Notes: a model not told the origin generated them from the letters alone. A DNA stretch of 64,000 nucleotides from an uncultured Gemmatimonadales bacterium (GCA_963851265.1 CAWKNZ010000007.1:640001-704000), one strand, 5' to 3'; shown: positions 49,619-60,283, numbered from the stretch's first letter. Made by a program: numbers and translations.

Positions 49619-51205
49619 ATGTCTGCCACGATCGATCCGACCACCACCGGGACCGCGGGCGCCGACGACGCCGTCCGCCACGCGACGCTTCCCGACGGCG
49701 CGCGCAAGTACGCGATCAGCATCCCGATCAAGGCGCGCTACGACAACTGGATCGGTGGGACGTACGTGCCGCCGGCGAAGGGGCAGTACTTCGGCAACCC
49801 CTCGCCGATCACGGGCCAGCACCTGTGCGACGTGGCCCGCTCGACGGCGGAGGACGTGGAGCGCGCGCTCGACGCGGCGCACGCGGCCGCGCCCGCGTGG
49901 GGCCGGACGTCGCCGGCGGAGCGCGCGAACATGCTGAACAAGATCGCCGACCGGGTGGAGCAGAACCTCGAGGCGCTCGCCGTGATCGAGACGATCGACA
50001 ACGGGAAGCCGGTGCGCGAGACGGTGAACGCCGACCTCGCGCTCGTCGTGGACCACTTCCGCTACTTCGCCGGGTGCATCCGCGCGCAGGAGGGCGGGCT
50101 GTCGCAGCTGGACGACGACACGGTGGCCTACCACTTCCGCGAGCCGTTAGGCGTGGTCGCGCAGATCATCCCGTGGAACTTCCCGCTGCTGATGGCGACG
50201 TGGAAGCTCGCGCCCGCGCTCGCCGCGGGGAACGCGGTGGTGATCAAGCCGGCCGAGCAGACGCCGGTGAGCATCATGGCGTTCGTCGAACTGATGGCCG
50301 ACCTGATTCCGGCGGGCGTGGTGAACGTGGTGCAGGGCTTCGGGGTCGAGGCCGGCAAGCCGCTCGCGTCGAGCAACCGGGTGGCCAAGGTGGCGTTCAC
50401 GGGCGAGACGACGACGGGGCGCCTCATCATGCAGTACGCCTCGGAGAACCTGATCCCGGTCACGCTGGAGCTGGGCGGCAAGTCGCCCAACATCTTCTTC
50501 AGCGACGTGATGCGCGAGGACGACGACTACTTCGACAAGGCGCTCGAGGGGTTCGCCATGTTCGCGCTGAACCAGGGCGAGGTGTGCACCTGCCCGAGCC
50601 GCGCGCTCGTGCAGGAGGACATCTACGACCGGTTCATGGAGCGCGCGCTCGCGCGCGTGGGCAAGATGGTGCAGGGGCACCCGCTCGACCCGACGACGAT
50701 GGTCGGCGCGCAGGCGAGCAACGACCAGCTCGAGAAGATCCTCAGCTACTTCGACATCGGCCGCAAGGAAGGGGCGAAGGTCCTGATCGGCGGCGACCGC
50801 GCGACGCTCGGCGGCGAGCTGGCCGAGGGCTACTACGTGCAGCCGACCGTCTTCGAGGGACACAACAAGATGCGGGTGTTCCAGGAGGAGATCTTCGGGC
50901 CGGTGGTGTCGGTGACCACGTTCAAGACCGCCGACGAGGCGCTCGAGCTCGCGAACGACACGCTGTACGGGTTGGGCGCGGGCGTGTGGTCGCGCGACGG
51001 CAACACGGCGTACCGCATGGGACGCGGCATCAAGGCGGGGCGCGTGTGGACCAACTGCTACCACCTGTACCCGGCGCACGCGGCGTTCGGCGGCTACAAG
51101 CAGAGCGGTGTGGGGCGCGAGAACCACGCGATGATGCTCGACCACTACCAGCAGACGAAGAACCTGCTCGTCAGCTACAGCCCGAAGGCGCTCGGGTTCT
51201 TCTGA
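49619..51205 (+). CDS. NAD-dependent aldehyde dehydrogenase (AldB/ExaC-like)
   Basis: [56 protein letters not shown]. Confidence 0.93.
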   Translation: MSATIDPTTTGTAGADDAVRHATLPDGARKYAISIPIKARYDNWIGGTYVPPAKGQYFGNPSPITGQHLCDVARSTAEDVERALDAAHAAAPAWGRTSPAERANMLNKIADRVEQNLEALAVIETIDNGKPVRETVNADLALVVDHFRYFAGCIRAQEGGLSQLDDDTVAYHFREPLGVVAQIIPWNFPLLMATWKLAPALAAGNAVVIKPAEQTPVSIMAFVELMADLIPAGVVNVVQGFGVEAGKPLASSNRVAKVAFTGETTTGRLIMQYASENLIPVTLELGGKSPNIFFSDVMREDDDYFDKALEGFAMFALNQGEVCTCPSRALVQEDIYDRFMERALARVGKMVQGHPLDPTTMVGAQASNDQLEKILSYFDIGRKEGAKVLIGGDRATLGGELAEGYYVQPTVFEGHNKMRVFQEEIFGPVVSVTTFKTADEALELANDTLYGLGAGVWSRDGNTAYRMGRGIKAGRVWTNCYHLYPAHAAFGGYKQSGVGRENHAMMLDHYQQTKNLLVSYSPKALGFF

Positions 51206-51207
51206 GG

Positions 51208-51621
51208 ATGACGGCCCCGACCCGCGTCGACGTCACGCCGGCCGCGGCCGCGCTGGTGGAAAAGCTCGCGGCCCAACACGGGCCGCTGCTCTTCCACCAG
51301 AGCGGCGGGTGCTGCGACGGCAGCGCGCCGATGTGCTTCCCGCGCGGCGAGTTCCGCGTGGGCCAGCGCGACGTGTACCTCGGCACGATCGCCGGGGCGC
51401 CGTTCTACATCGGCGACCAGCAGTACGAGTACTGGAAGCACACGCACCTCACGATCGACGTCGTGCCCGGACGCGGGAGCGGGTTCTCGGTCGAGGCGCC
51501 CGAGGGGATGCGGTTCCTCACGCGGTCGCGCCTGTTCGAGGACGCGGAGTGGGCGGCACTCGAGGCCGCGGGGCCGGTCGCCCGCGGTCCCCAGTCCGCG
51601 GGTCCCGACGCCGCGGAGTGA
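51208..51621 (+). CDS. DUF779 domain protein
   Basis: FHQSGGCCDGSAPMC, YWKHT, GRGSGFS; the usual partner of AldB-type aldehyde dehydrogenases. Confidence 0.88.
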   Translation: MTAPTRVDVTPAAAALVEKLAAQHGPLLFHQSGGCCDGSAPMCFPRGEFRVGQRDVYLGTIAGAPFYIGDQQYEYWKHTHLTIDVVPGRGSGFSVEAPEGMRFLTRSRLFEDAEWAALEAAGPVARGPQSAGPDAAE

Positions 51622-53975
51622 GCACGCGCGTCGGCGTACCGCGTCTCGTGGCGCCGCTGGTTGGGCTGTTGGGTGCGGCGGCCGGCGCGCAGGTCCCGGG
51701 CGCGCCCGCGCCACACGCCGCGGCGCGCGACACCGCGACACGTGACTCTGCCACACGTCACGCCGCGGTCCGTGACACGAGCGCGCGGCACGCGCCGGCG
51801 CGGCTCTCGCCCGTGGTCGTCGTCGCCGGGCGCCTGACGCGACCGGCCGGCGGGGCCGGGGCGGCCGCGCGCGTTGACGAGGCCGGGCCCGACGCGCGCA
51901 CGGCCGCGCGGCCGCCGGTGGGCGGGCCTGCGCCCGCGGCCGCCCTGCTGGCGCGCCTGCCCGGCGTGAGCAGCTTCGACGACCAGGGCACGCGCGCGCA
52001 GCCCACCCTCGACGTGCGCGGGTTCACGCTGTCGCCGGTGGTGGGCGTTGGGCAGGGGGTGAGCGTGTTCCTCGACGGCGTGCGCGTGAACGAGGCGGAC
52101 GCGCAGGAGGTGAACTTCGACCTGCTGCCGGCCGAGGCGGTGCGCGGGGCCGAACTCGTGCGCGGGCCGTCGGCGCTGTACGGCAAGAACACGTTAGGCG
52201 GTGCGCTCGTGCTCACGACGCGCCGCGGCGGCGACGGCGGCCCCGCGCTCGACGCCGGTGCGGACGCCGGCGCGTTCGGGCAGCGGGGGGTGCGGTTCGC
52301 GGCGTCGGGCGCGCGCCCGTTGGGCGCGCCGGCCGTGGGCGGCGCGGCCGTCGACGGCTACGTGCTCGCGCGGTCGTCGCGGGAGGACGGGTGGCGCGAC
52401 GCGACCGCGGCGCGGCGGCAGCTGCTGTTCGCGACGGGGGGGCGGCGCGACGCCTCGGGCGACGTCGCGCTCTCGGTGCTCGCGGCCCGCGACTCGCTGG
52501 GCCAGGCCGGCTCGCTGCCCGAGAGCTGGCTCGCCGCGGGGGGCGACGCGGCACGGCGCGCCAACTACACGCCCGGCGACTGGTACGCGCCGACCACCCT
52601 CGAAGTCGCCCTGCGCGGCCGGCGGCGGGTGGGCGCCCCCGACGCGTCCGCGTCCGAGGTGCGCGGCACGCTGTTCGTGCGTGACACCCGGAGCGGGCAG
52701 TTCAACGTGAACGCGGACGCGCCGAGTACGCTGGCGCGGGTGGTCGCGGCCAGCGCGGGCGGGACGGTCGAGGGGGAGCGGCGGACCCGCCTGTTGGGCA
52801 CCCCACTCGTCGCGATCGTGGGGGGCGAGGTCTCGCGCGACGCCGTGCGCTACCGCGTGTTCGAGCGCGCGTCGGGGCCGTCGCGGTCGGCGCAGCCCGA
52901 CGACGCGTGCGCGCCGGCCGCGTCGTCGGGCGGCGACGCGCTCTGCGAGGACGCGACGGCGAACGCGCTCAACGGGGCGGCGTTCGCGCAGGGAGTGCTG
53001 GCGCCGGGCGGGCGCGTCTCGCTCGTCGCGAGTTTGCGCGCCGACTGGGTGCGGGTGCCGTTCGTCGACCGCCAGACCCCGGCGAACTCGGGCACGAGCG
53101 CGTTCCGGCAGCTCTCGCCGCGCGTGGGCGTGACCGTGACGCCGGCGCCCGCCTGGCGCGCGTACGCGACCGTCGGGACGGGATTCCGCGCGCCGGCGGC
53201 GGTCGAGCTCGCCTGCGCCGACCCGTCGAGCCCCTGCCCGCTCCCGTTCTCGTTAGGCGACGACCCGCCGCTGCGGCCCGTCCGCGTGCGCAACGCGGAG
53301 GCGGGCGCGGACTGGACGCCCGCGCCGCTCGTCGCGTTCACGGCGAGCGCGTTCCGCGCCGACGTGCGCGACGAGATCCTGCTCGTCGCGAGCGAACGCA
53401 CCGCGGGGTACTTCACGAACTTCCCGCGCACGCGCCGCGCGGGGCTGGAGCTGACGGCGCGCGCCGGGCCGGCGCCCGGGGGACGCGCCGGCGGCGTGTC
53501 GGCGTTCGCGTCGTGGGCCCTCGTGCGCGCGACCTACGAGGCCGACGGGCTGCTAGCGTCGGCGCGCGCGACGCCGGACTCGGTGCACCCCGGCGACCGG
53601 CTGCCTCTCACGCCCGAGACGCGTGCGACGGCCGGGGTGCGCGCGGAAGGGCGCGCCGGGGGGGTTGCGTTAGGCGCGGAACTGTCGGCGTCGGCCGTCG
53701 GGCCGCAGCGCATGCGCGGCGACGAGGGCGGGGCCGGGGCGCCGCTGCCGGGCTACGCGCTCACCGCGCTCGGCCTCAGCGCGGCGCGCGGCCGGGTGCG
53801 GGCCGACGTGTCGGTGTGCAACCTGTTCGACCGGCGGTACGTGACGTTCGGGACGTGGGCACCGAACGCGCTCGCCCCGGACCGGCAGCGGCTCGTGGGT
53901 GGGGAACGGGTGGAGCGCTTTCTCACACCCGGGTACCCGCGCGCCGTGGCGATCGGCGTGAGCGTGGCCCGGTAG
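51618..53975 (+). CDS. TonB-dependent receptor
   Basis: GTGA overlap; plug motifs LDGVRVN and ELVRGPSALYG; FRAP, NLFDRRY, GYPR near the C-terminus. Confidence 0.82.
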   Translation: MSTRVGVPRLVAPLVGLLGAAAGAQVPGAPAPHAAARDTATRDSATRHAAVRDTSARHAPARLSPVVVVAGRLTRPAGGAGAAARVDEAGPDARTAARPPVGGPAPAAALLARLPGVSSFDDQGTRAQPTLDVRGFTLSPVVGVGQGVSVFLDGVRVNEADAQEVNFDLLPAEAVRGAELVRGPSALYGKNTLGGALVLTTRRGGDGGPALDAGADAGAFGQRGVRFAASGARPLGAPAVGGAAVDGYVLARSSREDGWRDATAARRQLLFATGGRRDASGDVALSVLAARDSLGQAGSLPESWLAAGGDAARRANYTPGDWYAPTTLEVALRGRRRVGAPDASASEVRGTLFVRDTRSGQFNVNADAPSTLARVVAASAGGTVEGERRTRLLGTPLVAIVGGEVSRDAVRYRVFERASGPSRSAQPDDACAPAASSGGDALCEDATANALNGAAFAQGVLAPGGRVSLVASLRADWVRVPFVDRQTPANSGTSAFRQLSPRVGVTVTPAPAWRAYATVGTGFRAPAAVELACADPSSPCPLPFSLGDDPPLRPVRVRNAEAGADWTPAPLVAFTASAFRADVRDEILLVASERTAGYFTNFPRTRRAGLELTARAGPAPGGRAGGVSAFASWALVRATYEADGLLASARATPDSVHPGDRLPLTPETRATAGVRAEGRAGGVALGAELSASAVGPQRMRGDEGGAGAPLPGYALTALGLSAARGRVRADVSVCNLFDRRYVTFGTWAPNALAPDRQRLVGGERVERFLTPGYPRAVAIGVSVAR

Positions 53976-54086
53976 GGCGGGGGTTCCAGTACGGGGGCGG
54001 CTGCCGGGACGGCGCCGCGCGTGCTTTACCTTGTACGCGTCGCACCGAATGCCCGGTGCCCGCCGCTTCTGCCTCTCGCCTCACGC

Positions 54087-55745
54087 ATGCGCCTCCCGTC
54101 CGCCCTCCTCGCGCTCGTGCCCGCGCTGCTCGCGGGCGCCGCACCTTCAGTCCACGCGCAGCGCGCGGCGCGGGCCGCGCCGGCCGCGATCTCCCCCGCC
54201 GAGATCGACGGCGACCTCAAGTTCCTCTCGTCCGACCTGCTGGAGGGCCGCGCCCCCGCCACGCGCGGCGGCCGTCTCGCCGCCGACTACATCGCGAGCC
54301 AGTTGCGCGTGGCCGGCGTCTCGCCCGGCGTTGGTGACTCGTCCTACCTGCAGCGGGTGCCGATCGACGTCGTGAAGGCCGACCCAGCGACGATCCGCGT
54401 CGGCGCGTCGGGCAGGGCGACCGCGACGCTCCGCTTCACCGACGACGTGGTGGTCTGGGCGGGCTCCGCGACCGACTCGAGCGCGGCGCGCGGCGAGGTG
54501 GTCTTCGTCGGCTACGGCGCCGCGGCCCCGGAGTACAGGTGGGACGACTTCAAGGGCGTGGACGTGAAGGGCAAGTGGCTCATGGTCCTCGTCAACGACC
54601 CGCCGGCACCACCCGACGAGCCGACGCTCTTCGGCGGCAAGGCGATGACGTACTACGGGCGGTGGACCTACAAGTACGAGGAGGCCGAGCGGCGCGGCGC
54701 GGCCGGAATGCTGATCGTGCACACCACCGAGCGCGCGGGCTACCCGTGGCAGGTGGTCGTCGGCTCCAACTCGGTCGAGCACCGGCTGCTGCCGCGCGAC
54801 CCCGCCGGCCCCGCCCCGATCGGCGTGCGCGGGTGGATCAAGGACACCGTCGCGGCCTCGTTGCTCAAGCAGGCGGGGCTGGACTTCGATTCGCTGCGGG
54901 CGCGGGCCGCGCGCCGCGACTTCCGCCCGGTGAGCACCGGCATCGTGCTCGACGCGTCGTTCCGCAACCGCGTGTCGCACCTCGCCTCGGAGAACGTGGT
55001 CGGCGTCGTGCGCGGCGCGGCGCGGCCGGGCGAGTACGTCGCGCTGTCGGCCCACTGGGACCACCTCGGCATCGGCCCGGCGGTGAACGGCGACTCGATC
55101 TACAACGGCGCGCTCGACAACGCGTCGGGCGTGGCCGACCTGCTCGCCGTCGCGCGCGCGTCGGCCGCGGCGCCCCGGCCCGCGCGCTCGCTGCTCTTCG
55201 TGTTCGTCACCGCCGAGGAGTCGGGACTGCTCGGCAGCGCGTGGTTCGCCGAGCACCCGACGGTGCCGGCCGCCGGGCTGGTCGCCAACCTCAACCTCGA
55301 TGGCGGCAACCTGCTCGGGCGCGTGCGCGACCTCAACGTCCTGGGCGAGACGAAGAGCGCGTTAGGCCCGATGCTGGCCGCGTTCGCGCGCCCGCGCGGG
55401 CTGCGGCTCGACCCGGAGGAGCACCCCGAGCAGGGGCACTTCTACCGCTCCGACCACTTCTCGTTCGCCAAGGCCGGCGTACCCGCCGTGAGCATCGGCC
55501 CGGGCACCGACTACGTCGGGCGGCCGGCGGGGTGGGGGAAGGCGCAGGACGAGGCGTACACGGCGAAGCACTACCACCAGCCGAGCGACGAGTACCGGCC
55601 CAACTTCGACCTCTCGGGCGCGGTGCAGCTGTCGCAGCTCGTGTTCGATTTCGCGCACTCGCTCGCCAACTCGACCGCGTGGCCGACGTGGAACGCGGAC
55701 GCGGAGTTCAAGCGGCCGGCGGCGGCGCGGACTGCGGCGCGGTGA
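54087..55745 (+). CDS. M28 family aminopeptidase with PA domain, secreted
   Basis: EGR, YYGRWTYKYEEA, AHWDHLG, NGALDNASG, AEESGLLGS, RSDH, YHQPSDE. Confidence 0.9.
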   Translation: MRLPSALLALVPALLAGAAPSVHAQRAARAAPAAISPAEIDGDLKFLSSDLLEGRAPATRGGRLAADYIASQLRVAGVSPGVGDSSYLQRVPIDVVKADPATIRVGASGRATATLRFTDDVVVWAGSATDSSAARGEVVFVGYGAAAPEYRWDDFKGVDVKGKWLMVLVNDPPAPPDEPTLFGGKAMTYYGRWTYKYEEAERRGAAGMLIVHTTERAGYPWQVVVGSNSVEHRLLPRDPAGPAPIGVRGWIKDTVAASLLKQAGLDFDSLRARAARRDFRPVSTGIVLDASFRNRVSHLASENVVGVVRGAARPGEYVALSAHWDHLGIGPAVNGDSIYNGALDNASGVADLLAVARASAAAPRPARSLLFVFVTAEESGLLGSAWFAEHPTVPAAGLVANLNLDGGNLLGRVRDLNVLGETKSALGPMLAAFARPRGLRLDPEEHPEQGHFYRSDHFSFAKAGVPAVSIGPGTDYVGRPAGWGKAQDEAYTAKHYHQPSDEYRPNFDLSGAVQLSQLVFDFAHSLANSTAWPTWNADAEFKRPAAARTAAR

Positions 55746-55790
55746 GTCGCTCGCGACCGACGGGTGCACCCCCGCTTCGGCGGGGATGAC

Positions 55791-57242
55791 GTGACGTCAG
55801 GGCAACCCACTCCCACCGTCGCCCCCGCGCAGGCGGGGGCCCACCCGACCCGGCCGACGGAGCCGGCCCACCCCGCGGGCCCTCGGCTCGTCCGCGCGCT
55901 CGGCCCGCTCGGGCTCGGCGCGGCGATCGTCAACGTGATCGTCGGCGGCGGGATCTTTCGTCTCCCGTCGGGGGCCGCCGCGGCGTTGGGCACGGCCGCG
56001 CCGATCGCCTACGTCGCGTGCGCGGCCGCGATGGCGCTGATCGTCCTCTGCGTCGCCGAGGCGGGGAGCCGCGTGGGGCGCACGGGCGGGCTCTACGCGT
56101 ACGTCGAGGTCGCGTTCGGCCCGTTCGTCGGATTCGTCGCGGGGGTGATGCTCTACGCCTGCATGGCGGCGGCGCTCGGCGCCGTGTCGTCGTTCCTCGC
56201 CGACCTGCTCGGCGCGATCATGCCCGCGCTCGCGGCCGGGGTGCCGCGCGCGGCCGCGCTGCTCGCGATCCTGGCGGCGTTCGCCGCGCTCAACGTGCGC
56301 GGCGTGCGCGCCGCGAACCGGACCAACGCGGTGCTCACGGCCGCCAAGCTCGTGCCCCTCGCGCTGTTCGTCGTGCTCGGCGCGTTCGCGGTGCGCGCGC
56401 CCAACCTCGCGATCCGCGCGCTCCCGTCGGGCGGCGACGTCGCGCGCACGGCGACGTTCCTCATCTTCGCCTTCCTCGGCGTCGAGAGCGCGCTGGCGCC
56501 GAGCGGCGAGGTGCGCGACCCGGCGCGGACCGTGCCGCGCGCGCTCTTCGGCGCGATGGCCGCGGTGACCGTGATCTACCTCGCCGTGCACCTCGTCGCC
56601 GAGGGCGTGCTGGGCGCCGCGCTCGCGACGAGCAAGACGCCCGTGGCCGACGCGGCAGGCGTGGCGTTAGGCGGCTGGGGGCGCGCGCTCGTCCTCGCCG
56701 GGTCGCTCGTGTCGATGCTCGGCTACGTGGGCGGGATGACGTTCGCGGCCCCGCGCATGCTGTTCGCCCTCGGCCGCGACGGCTTCCTCCCGCGCGGGCT
56801 CGCCGCGGTGCACCCGCGCTTCCGGACGCCGTACGTGGCCGTGCTCGCGCAGACGGCCGTCACCGCCGTGCTCGCCCTCGGCGGCGCCTTCGAGCGGTTG
56901 GCCCTCGTCGCGAACGGGGCCGCCCTGCTCGTGTACGCCGCGTGCTGCGCGGCCGCGTGGGAGCTGCGGCGGCGCGACGTGCGCGAGGGCGGGGGAGAGC
57001 CGCTCCGGACGCGCGTGGGTGCCGTGGCGCCGTGGGCGGCGATCCTGGTCATCGCCTGGCTGCTGAGCGGCCTCAAGCGCGACGAGTTGATGTGGGTCGG
57101 CGGGACCGCGCTCGCGGCCGTCGCGGTGTACGCCGTGGTGGGCGTGCGGCGCGCTACCGGCGGCGTGGCGCGAGCGGTCATCGCGGGGGCGAGCGCGGGC
57201 ACGCCGGGCGGCGGTCGTTCGTCGCCGCCCGGCTCGGGGTGA
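55791..57242 (+). CDS. APC family amino acid permease (start uncertain)
   Basis: IVGGGIF, GGLYAY, FAFLGVE, EVRDPARTVPRA, HPRFRTP; about 12 TM segments. Confidence 0.88.
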   Translation: MTSGQPTPTVAPAQAGAHPTRPTEPAHPAGPRLVRALGPLGLGAAIVNVIVGGGIFRLPSGAAAALGTAAPIAYVACAAAMALIVLCVAEAGSRVGRTGGLYAYVEVAFGPFVGFVAGVMLYACMAAALGAVSSFLADLLGAIMPALAAGVPRAAALLAILAAFAALNVRGVRAANRTNAVLTAAKLVPLALFVVLGAFAVRAPNLAIRALPSGGDVARTATFLIFAFLGVESALAPSGEVRDPARTVPRALFGAMAAVTVIYLAVHLVAEGVLGAALATSKTPVADAAGVALGGWGRALVLAGSLVSMLGYVGGMTFAAPRMLFALGRDGFLPRGLAAVHPRFRTPYVAVLAQTAVTAVLALGGAFERLALVANGAALLVYAACCAAAWELRRRDVREGGGEPLRTRVGAVAPWAAILVIAWLLSGLKRDELMWVGGTALAAVAVYAVVGVRRATGGVARAVIAGASAGTPGGGRSSPPGSG

Positions 57243-57258
57243 CAGATTGCACCCCGTG

Positions 57259-58491
57259 ATGCATCCCGACCCCCTCCTGCGCTTCCGCCCCGAGTTCCCG
57301 ACACTCGCGAACTCGACGTACCTCGTCTCCAACTCGCTCGGCGCGATGCCGCGCGCGACGCGCGACCGCCTCAACGCGTACGCCGACGCGTGGACGGCGC
57401 GCGGCGTGCGCGCGTGGGCCGACGCGTGGTGGGAGCTGCCCGTCTCGGTCGGTGACGTCGTCGCCCCGCTCATCGGCGCGCCCGCCGGCACCGTCGCGAT
57501 GACGCCCACCGTGACGCTCGCGCACGCGGCCGTGGTCACGGCCCTCGACTTCGGCGGCGCGGCGGGCGGCGCGGCCGGCGGCACGCCGCGCGACACGATC
57601 GTGATGACCGCGCTCGACTTCCCCAGCGTGCGCTACGCCGTCGAGGCGATGGCGGCCCGGCTCGGCGCGCGCGTCGTCGTCGTCGAGAGCGAGGACGGGA
57701 TCACCGTCGACGCCGACGCCGTGTGCGCGGCCGTGGACGAGCGCACGCGGCTCGTCGCGGTGTCGCACGTGCTCTTCCGGTCCGCGTTCGTCATGGACGC
57801 CGAGCGGATCGTGCGGCACGCGCACGCGGCGGGCGCGCTGGTGATGCTCGACGCGTACCACTCGGCGGGGGTGATGCCGGTGGACGTGGTCGCGTTAGGC
57901 GTGGATTTCCTGGCGGGTGGCGTGCTCAAGTGGCTCTGCGGTGGGCCGGGCGGGAGCTTCCTGTACGTGTCGCCCGAGGTCGAGGCGCGGGCCGGGGCGC
58001 CCGTGCGCCCCGCGCTCACCGGGTGGCAGGCGCACGCGCGGCCGTTCGCGTTCGACACCGCGATGGAGCGCGCCAACGGCGCGTGGGGGTGGCTGGGCGG
58101 GACGCCGGTCGTGCCCGCCCTGTACGCCGCCATCGAGGGCCCGCGGATCCTCGCCGCGGCCGGCATGGACGCGGTGCGCGCGAAGAGCACGCGGCAGACC
58201 GGGCGGCTGATCGCGCTCGCCGACGCGCGCGGCTACCCGGTCCGTGCGCCGCGCGATCCGGAGCGCCGCGGCGGTACGGTCGCCTTCGACGTGCCGCACG
58301 GCTACGAGGTCGCGCAGGCGCTGCTCGCGCGCGACGTGGTGATCGACTACCGGCCGGGGGCGGGGATCCGCGTCGCCCCGCATTTCTACACGAGCGACGA
58401 GGAGCTCGAGGGCGCGGTCGGAGCGATCGACGAGATCCTGGAGCAGGGAGCCTGGCGCGCGTTCGAGGGGCGGCGCGCGGTCGTGACCTGA
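57259..58491 (+). CDS. PLP-dependent class V aminotransferase, kynureninase-like
   Basis: NSLG, DFPS, DAYHSAG, KWLCGGPG, GW, RVAPHFY. Confidence 0.8.
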   Translation: MHPDPLLRFRPEFPTLANSTYLVSNSLGAMPRATRDRLNAYADAWTARGVRAWADAWWELPVSVGDVVAPLIGAPAGTVAMTPTVTLAHAAVVTALDFGGAAGGAAGGTPRDTIVMTALDFPSVRYAVEAMAARLGARVVVVESEDGITVDADAVCAAVDERTRLVAVSHVLFRSAFVMDAERIVRHAHAAGALVMLDAYHSAGVMPVDVVALGVDFLAGGVLKWLCGGPGGSFLYVSPEVEARAGAPVRPALTGWQAHARPFAFDTAMERANGAWGWLGGTPVVPALYAAIEGPRILAAAGMDAVRAKSTRQTGRLIALADARGYPVRAPRDPERRGGTVAFDVPHGYEVAQALLARDVVIDYRPGAGIRVAPHFYTSDEELEGAVGAIDEILEQGAWRAFEGRRAVVT

Positions 58492-58608
58492 CGGGCGGCG
58501 GGGTGACGCGGCGGCCGTGCTCGCGCTCGCGTTCCCTTGACGCATCTTTCCCGCGCACGCTCTATTCGACCCGCGCCTGCCCGTCCCGTCCCCCACCGCC
58601 CGCGACCC

Positions 58609-58842
58609 ATGGCCACCGCCCCGAAGCGCGTCCGCAAGCAGTACGTGAACCACGACTACCCGCTCGTCCTCCTGCGCTTCGAGGACGGCCACGAGATCAA
58701 GGTCTACAAGGGCACCGGCAAGGAGTTCGACGCCTACCCGGGCGAGACCGTGCGGGTGCTCGCCCTGTACGACCCGACGTCGACCGAGCGCGAGCTCGTC
58801 GCTTCGCGCAAGACCGAAGACTTCGAGGACGCCGCGGAGTGA
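58609..58842 (+). CDS. Small hypothetical protein (77 aa)
   Basis: Strong GC3 codon bias and globular composition; stop overlaps the next start (GTGA). Confidence 0.7.
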   Translation: MATAPKRVRKQYVNHDYPLVLLRFEDGHEIKVYKGTGKEFDAYPGETVRVLALYDPTSTERELVASRKTEDFEDAAE

Positions 58843-59795
58843 TCGCGCGGCGCGCGGCCGCCGCGGCGCTGGTGCTGAGCGCGGCGGCCGCGCCCGGGCG
58901 CGCACAGGCACCCGGGCGCCGCGCCGCGGTCGACGCCGCGCGCGCCGACACCGGCGTGCTGCGACGCGCGCTCGACTCGCTCGTCGCGCCGTACGAGGGG
59001 GCCCGCCGCGGCGTCGTGGGCTACGCCGTCCGCAACCTCGACACCGGCGAGCGCCTCGACCATCGCGCCGACGAGACCTTCCCGACCGCGTCGCTCATCA
59101 AGGTCGGCATCCTCGTCACGGTGTTCGACCTCGTCGAGCAGAAGCAGCTCGCGCTCGACGACCCGCTCACCGTGCTCAAGATCGACCAGGTGCCCGGGAG
59201 CGGTCAGCTGCAATGGATGCACCCGGGGCTCGCGGTCACCGTGCGCGACGCGGCGTGGCTGATGAGCACGACGAGCGACAACACGGCCACCAACCTGCTG
59301 CTCGACCGGATCGTGATCCGGCGCGTGTGGCAGAAGATGGAGGCGCTCGGGCTGCCGCACACGAAGGTGCACTCCAAGGTGTACCTCCGTCTCGCGAGCG
59401 TCGCCCCCGACAGCTCGGCCAAGTACGGGCTCGGGGTCTCGACGCCCGGCGAGATGGCCTCCCTGTTCGCGATGCTCGCCGGCGGCCGCGCCGTGAGCCC
59501 CGCCGCCGACTCCGCGATGCTCGACATCCTCGCGCACAACGAGGACGAGCAGCTGCTGCAGCGCTACGTCGACGGCATCCGCGCGCCGCACAAGACCGGC
59601 GCGGTCGACGCGGCGCGCACCGAGTGCACGCTCTGGTACCTGCAGTCGCGCGTGGTCGCGTGCGTGTTCACGAAGGAGAACCAGGACCAGCGCTGGGTGA
59701 TCGACACCGAACCGCAACTGCTCATGGCGCGCATGGGCCAGCGCATCGCCGCGGCCTGGCCCGCCCCCGCCGTCCGCCAGCCGCCCCCGCCGTGA
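58839..59795 (+). CDS. Serine hydrolase, class A beta-lactamase fold (PBP-A-like)
   Basis: FPTASLIK, SDN, HKTG; signal peptide. Confidence 0.82.
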   Translation: MIARRAAAAALVLSAAAAPGRAQAPGRRAAVDAARADTGVLRRALDSLVAPYEGARRGVVGYAVRNLDTGERLDHRADETFPTASLIKVGILVTVFDLVEQKQLALDDPLTVLKIDQVPGSGQLQWMHPGLAVTVRDAAWLMSTTSDNTATNLLLDRIVIRRVWQKMEALGLPHTKVHSKVYLRLASVAPDSSAKYGLGVSTPGEMASLFAMLAGGRAVSPAADSAMLDILAHNEDEQLLQRYVDGIRAPHKTGAVDAARTECTLWYLQSRVVACVFTKENQDQRWVIDTEPQLLMARMGQRIAAAWPAPAVRQPPPP

Positions 59796-59806
59796 CGCAT
59801 CTCCGT

Positions 59807-60262
59807 ATGACCGACCCTCCGTGCCGCGCGCCCGTCCGGGCCGCGGCGGCGCTCGCCGGCGCGCTCGCCCTGGCGGCCCTCGTGCCCTGCGCCCGCGCGA
59901 ACGCGCAGATCGCCGGCGTGCTCACGCCCCCGCGCGCCGTGCGCCCGGCCCCCGACTCGGTCGCGGGCGCCGACAGCACGGTCCGCGTCGGGCGCGCCCA
60001 GGCGAAGGTGCCCGTGGACGAGCGCCAGCGCCTCGACATCCAGGCCTGGGTCGACTCCGCGGCGGGCGCGCTCGCACAGTCGCCGCCGGCGCCGATCCCC
60101 GCGCCGGGTACCGGGTCGATCTTCACCGCGCCCGCGGTGCCCGACAGTCTGCGTCCGCCGCCGGCGCCCGCACCGCGAGCCCGCGCCCGCGCGAACGCGC
60201 GCGCCCGGACGCGTCCGGGTGCGCGTCCCCGCGCCGCGCGTGCGCCCGCGCGCGCGGGATGA
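59807..60262 (+). CDS. Hypothetical secreted Pro/Arg-rich protein
   Basis: Signal peptide ending ANA-Q; central RLDIQAWVDSAAGAL segment; fills the operon gap. Confidence 0.5.
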   Translation: MTDPPCRAPVRAAAALAGALALAALVPCARANAQIAGVLTPPRAVRPAPDSVAGADSTVRVGRAQAKVPVDERQRLDIQAWVDSAAGALAQSPPAPIPAPGTGSIFTAPAVPDSLRPPPAPAPRARARANARARTRPGARPRAARAPARAG

Positions 60263-60283
60263 ACCGCCGGGCATGAGCTCGGG

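Noticed and set aside
58839..59795. Class A beta-lactamase resistance gene
   Set aside because: SxxK, SDN and KTG are present, but I see no Glu166-type omega-loop motif; better called a PBP-A-like serine hydrolase.
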